Below, one piece after another: positions 15,144 to 17,645 of a DNA stretch of 17,645 bases; the first letter of the stretch is position 1; each line of letters begins with the position of its first letter. The stretch is from NCBI GenBank assembly GCA_030640585.1, contig DAOWIZ010000029.1:1-17645 (forward strand). Reading direction: 5' to 3'. Position numbers and translations under genes: made by a program. The notes under the pieces are model-generated. The model ran no database searches and was not told the origin of the DNA. It saw nothing but the letters and a program-made list of their open reading frames with translations. This stretch comes from Thermoplasmata archaeon. GTDB lineage: Archaea; Thermoplasmatota; E2; DHVEG-1.

Positions 15144-15749
15144 TTATTTACCTTTTCTATGCCATTTGAATAAACGGTGATAGTTATCATACCGTCTCAG
15201 TCTTCTTGCAGGGAATATAGTTGCGGTCCCAACAGAACGGATGTCTTCAACTGAGTAGAATGCATTTGGATTGAATCTTTCAATACATTTTATAACTGTG
15301 TTAAGGTTTTCTCGGCGTATCACAGTAAAAATAATTTTTACTTGTCCTTTTACCCCTTCAGCGTCGACCGTGGTTAATCCATATTTTTCTGATTTAAGAT
15401 GGTTAATCAATTTCGTTGCATCTCGTTTTGTTATGATGCGGATCATTACAAGTCCAATTGATAATTTCTCCTCAGCCAGAAGTCCTACAAGAGTCCCTGT
15501 AGCAAAACCACCTGCATAAAACAAGTAATAGTAAACATTAGTTAGATTTTGCATAATTTGACCAATAGCAAGAAGCCATATCAATATCTCAAAAAATCCA
15601 ATCATTGGAGCCAGATATTTTACTCCTTTTGAAACCAATATGATGCGAAGTGTGCCAAGGCTAACATCACAAACACGGGCAAGAAAGATAAGAATCGGGA
15701 GTATAACCCATGCATAGAGCTCCGGACTGGAAAGTGTAAATAATTCCAT
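15144..15749 (-). CDS. UPF0316 family membrane protein with DUF2179 C-terminal domain
   Basis: 201-aa ORF. The N-terminal membrane part carries DVSLGTLRIILVSKG, GFFEILIWLLAI and YAGGFATGTLVG. A soluble C-terminal domain follows. This matches the UPF0316 (YebE-like) pattern as I recall it. Confidence 0.78.
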   Translation of the reverse strand: MELFTLSSPELYAWVILPILIFLARVCDVSLGTLRIILVSKGVKYLAPMIGFFEILIWLLAIGQIMQNLTNVYYYLFYAGGFATGTLVGLLAEEKLSIGLVMIRIITKRDATKLINHLKSEKYGLTTVDAEGVKGQVKIIFTVIRRENLNTVIKCIERFNPNAFYSVEDIRSVGTATIFPARRLRRYDNYHRLFKWHRKGK

Positions 15750-16097
15750 TGTCTATTTCCCCTGATTATTTTTTTCAACATGGAAAGTTGTAGTGTATGA
15801 AATAATCTTGGTTCTTAAGATTTTTCCGCGGTTTTTACGTTTTTTTCTGTTTTTTCCTTGTTAAGCGCTATCAAGTCTTATAAACATATCTAAGGTATGG
15901 ATTTGTTGGAAATATAGACTTCTAGAAGGAGGTAAATACTATAGAGCCGAAAAAAGAAATAAAAAACTGGCTCAGGCGAGAATGAAGTATCACAAGTTTC
16001 TACAGGTGTCTCGAACTTCAGGAGGAATTAAAAACAAGCCAGAATATGAGACTGCAAAAGTAAAAATAAAATAGATTAAAAGGAGGAATGAAAAAAA

Positions 16098-17645
16098 ATG
16101 ATAGCTGGACAACAACCAATAATTATTTTAAGAGAGGGAACTCGAAGAGAGAAAGGAAAAGGCGCACAATTAAACAACATCATGGCAGCATGCGCTATAT
16201 CTGACGCTGTAAAATCGACACTTGGTCCGAAAGGAATGGACAAAATGCTCGTTGACTCGATGGGTGACGTCGTTGTAACAAACGATGGAGCAACTATTTT
16301 GAAAGAAATAGACGTGGAACATCCAGTTGCAAAAATGATTGTAGAAGTAGCTAAATCCCAAGATGAAGAGTGTGGTGATGGAACTACGACCGCAGTTATT
16401 TTGACTGGGGAGCTATTAAAAGGCGCGGGAGAATTAATCGATCAAAATATTCATCCGACTGTTATCTGCGGTGGATATAAACTCGCAGCGGAAAAAGCAG
16501 TTAAAACACTGAATGAACTGGCTGTATCAATAAAATCAGGAGATAAAAAAACACTGAGAGATATAGCTATGACTTCTATGGCTAGTAAAAGTGCTAGCGC
16601 AGAGAAAGACATCCTTGCAGACATTGTTGTAGATGCTGTAACTGATGTCGCAGAGACAACCAATGGTAAGACAATTGTTGATCTTGACAACATCCAAATC
16701 CAGAAGAAACAAGGTGGCGGAATAGCAAATACCGAGATAATCAAAGGTATTATTCTTGATAAAGAACGAGTCCACGAAGGAATGCCAAAGCACGTCAAGA
16801 ATGCAAAGATAGCGCTTGTAAACGCTGCACTTGAGATAAAAAAGACTGAAGTAGATGCAAGAATTCAAATACAAGATCCTGCACAACTTCAAGCTTTCTT
16901 GGATGAAGAAGAAGGCATGCTCAGAAAGATGGTTGACAAAGTCAAAAAGAGCGGTACAAATGTCCTTATCTGTCAAAAAGGAATTGATGACATTGCACAG
17001 CATTACTTAGCAAAAGAGGGAATCTATACTGTAAGACGTGCTAAGAAAAGCGACATGGAAAAATTATCAAAAGCAACTGGTGCAAAAATAGTTGCAAATC
17101 TCGATGATTTAAGCCCAAATGATCTTGGTAATGCTGGTAATGTTGAGGAGAAAAAAATCGGCGATGACAAGATGACATTCATCACTGATTGTAAGAACCC
17201 GAAAGCCGTATCGATACTAATCCGTGGTACTACAGAGCACGTTGTAGATGAACTTGAACGTGGACTACATGATGCACTTTCAGTCGTAAAGGTTGCCCTT
17301 GAAGATGGTAAAATGACTGCTGGAGGAGGTGCCGCTGCGATATCTATCTCAATGGCTCTTCGAGACTACGCACCTTCTGTTGGAGGGCGAGAGCAGATGG
17401 CAATTGAGGCATTTGCAAATGCAATTGAAATAGTTCCAAAGACACTCTCACAAAATGCGGGACTTGATCCGATTGACATGATGCTAGCGATCAGAAGCGC
17501 ACATAAAAAAGGAAACAAATATGCCGGCATAGATGTGTTTAGCGGAACTGTCACTGACATGATGAAAAACAACGTCATAGAACCACTACGGGTAAGTCTT
17601 CAGGAGATCCAGGCAGCCTCTGAGGCAGCAACAATGATGTTGAGA
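16098..17645 (+). CDS. ths: Thermosome subunit (group II chaperonin), 3'-truncated by the window edge
   Basis: This gene is absent from the ORF track because there is no stop codon in the window. The frame is open for 516 codons from the ATG at 16098, with AGGAGG 11 nt upstream. My translation gives [45 protein letters not shown], a central VPGGGA-type TAGGGAAA, and EPLRV...[11 protein letters not shown] at the end. The four antisense track ORFs between 16170 and 17578 are shadows of this gene. Confidence 0.93.
   Translation, partial: MIAGQQPIIILREGTRREKGKGAQLNNIMAACAISDAVKSTLGPKGMDKMLVDSMGDVVVTNDGATILKEIDVEHPVAKMIVEVAKSQDEECGDGTTTAVILTGELLKGAGELIDQNIHPTVICGGYKLAAEKAVKTLNELAVSIKSGDKKTLRDIAMTSMASKSASAEKDILADIVVDAVTDVAETTNGKTIVDLDNIQIQKKQGGGIANTEIIKGIILDKERVHEGMPKHVKNAKIALVNAALEIKKTEVDARIQIQDPAQLQAFLDEEEGMLRKMVDKVKKSGTNVLICQKGIDDIAQHYLAKEGIYTVRRAKKSDMEKLSKATGAKIVANLDDLSPNDLGNAGNVEEKKIGDDKMTFITDCKNPKAVSILIRGTTEHVVDELERGLHDALSVVKVALEDGKMTAGGGAAAISISMALRDYAPSVGGREQMAIEAFANAIEIVPKTLSQNAGLDPIDMMLAIRSAHKKGNKYAGIDVFSGTVTDMMKNNVIEPLRVSLQEIQAASEAATMMLR

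Noticed and set aside
15926-15975. Strong AAGGAGGT followed by a possible 14-codon ORF
   Set aside because: No ATG, GTG or TTG lies within a plausible distance. The frame would have to start at ATA, so it is not called as a CDS.
1-17645. CRISPR arrays, rRNA genes, IS elements or transposases
   Set aside because: By eye I found no regularly spaced direct repeats, no rRNA-like conserved blocks, and no transposase-like ORF or terminal inverted repeats. The only recombinase is the tRNA-associated integrase.

Overview
AT-rich archaeal chromosomal segment. Archaeal markers are TFB (6243-7190), a thermosome that runs off the right edge (from 16098), an Lrp/AsnC regulator and archaeal-type tRNAs; lineage cannot be fixed from sequence alone. 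Left part: a metallophosphoesterase and a CinA/PncC-like gene, then the array tRNA-Gln(CUG) / bacterial-type glutaminyl-tRNA synthetase / tRNA-Gln(UUG) / tRNA-Glu(UUC). A tyrosine integrase ORF reads 51 nt into the 3' half of tRNA-Glu, marking a small integrated-element remnant that also carries a wHTH gene; no clean attR was found. Middle part (about 7.3-14.3 kb): an amino-acid/peptide metabolism island. It holds an enolase-superfamily epimerase abutting an M14/AstE-like zinc hydrolase, a GNAT acetyltransferase, and a minus-strand operon of a PLP fold-type-II enzyme, a DUF1611 P-loop protein and an atypical 484-aa PP-loop protein. Right part: a tandem-duplicated DUF2582 wHTH protein translationally coupled to a DUF202 membrane protein, a UPF0316/DUF2179 membrane protein, and the thermosome. 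The two items most worth follow-up are the GlnRS bracketed by both tRNA-Gln genes in an archaeal context and the uncharacterised PLP / DUF1611 / PP-loop operon with its epimerase and hydrolase neighbours. No CRISPR array, rRNA or transposase was seen. All family assignments come from reading motifs by eye and were not checked against any database.
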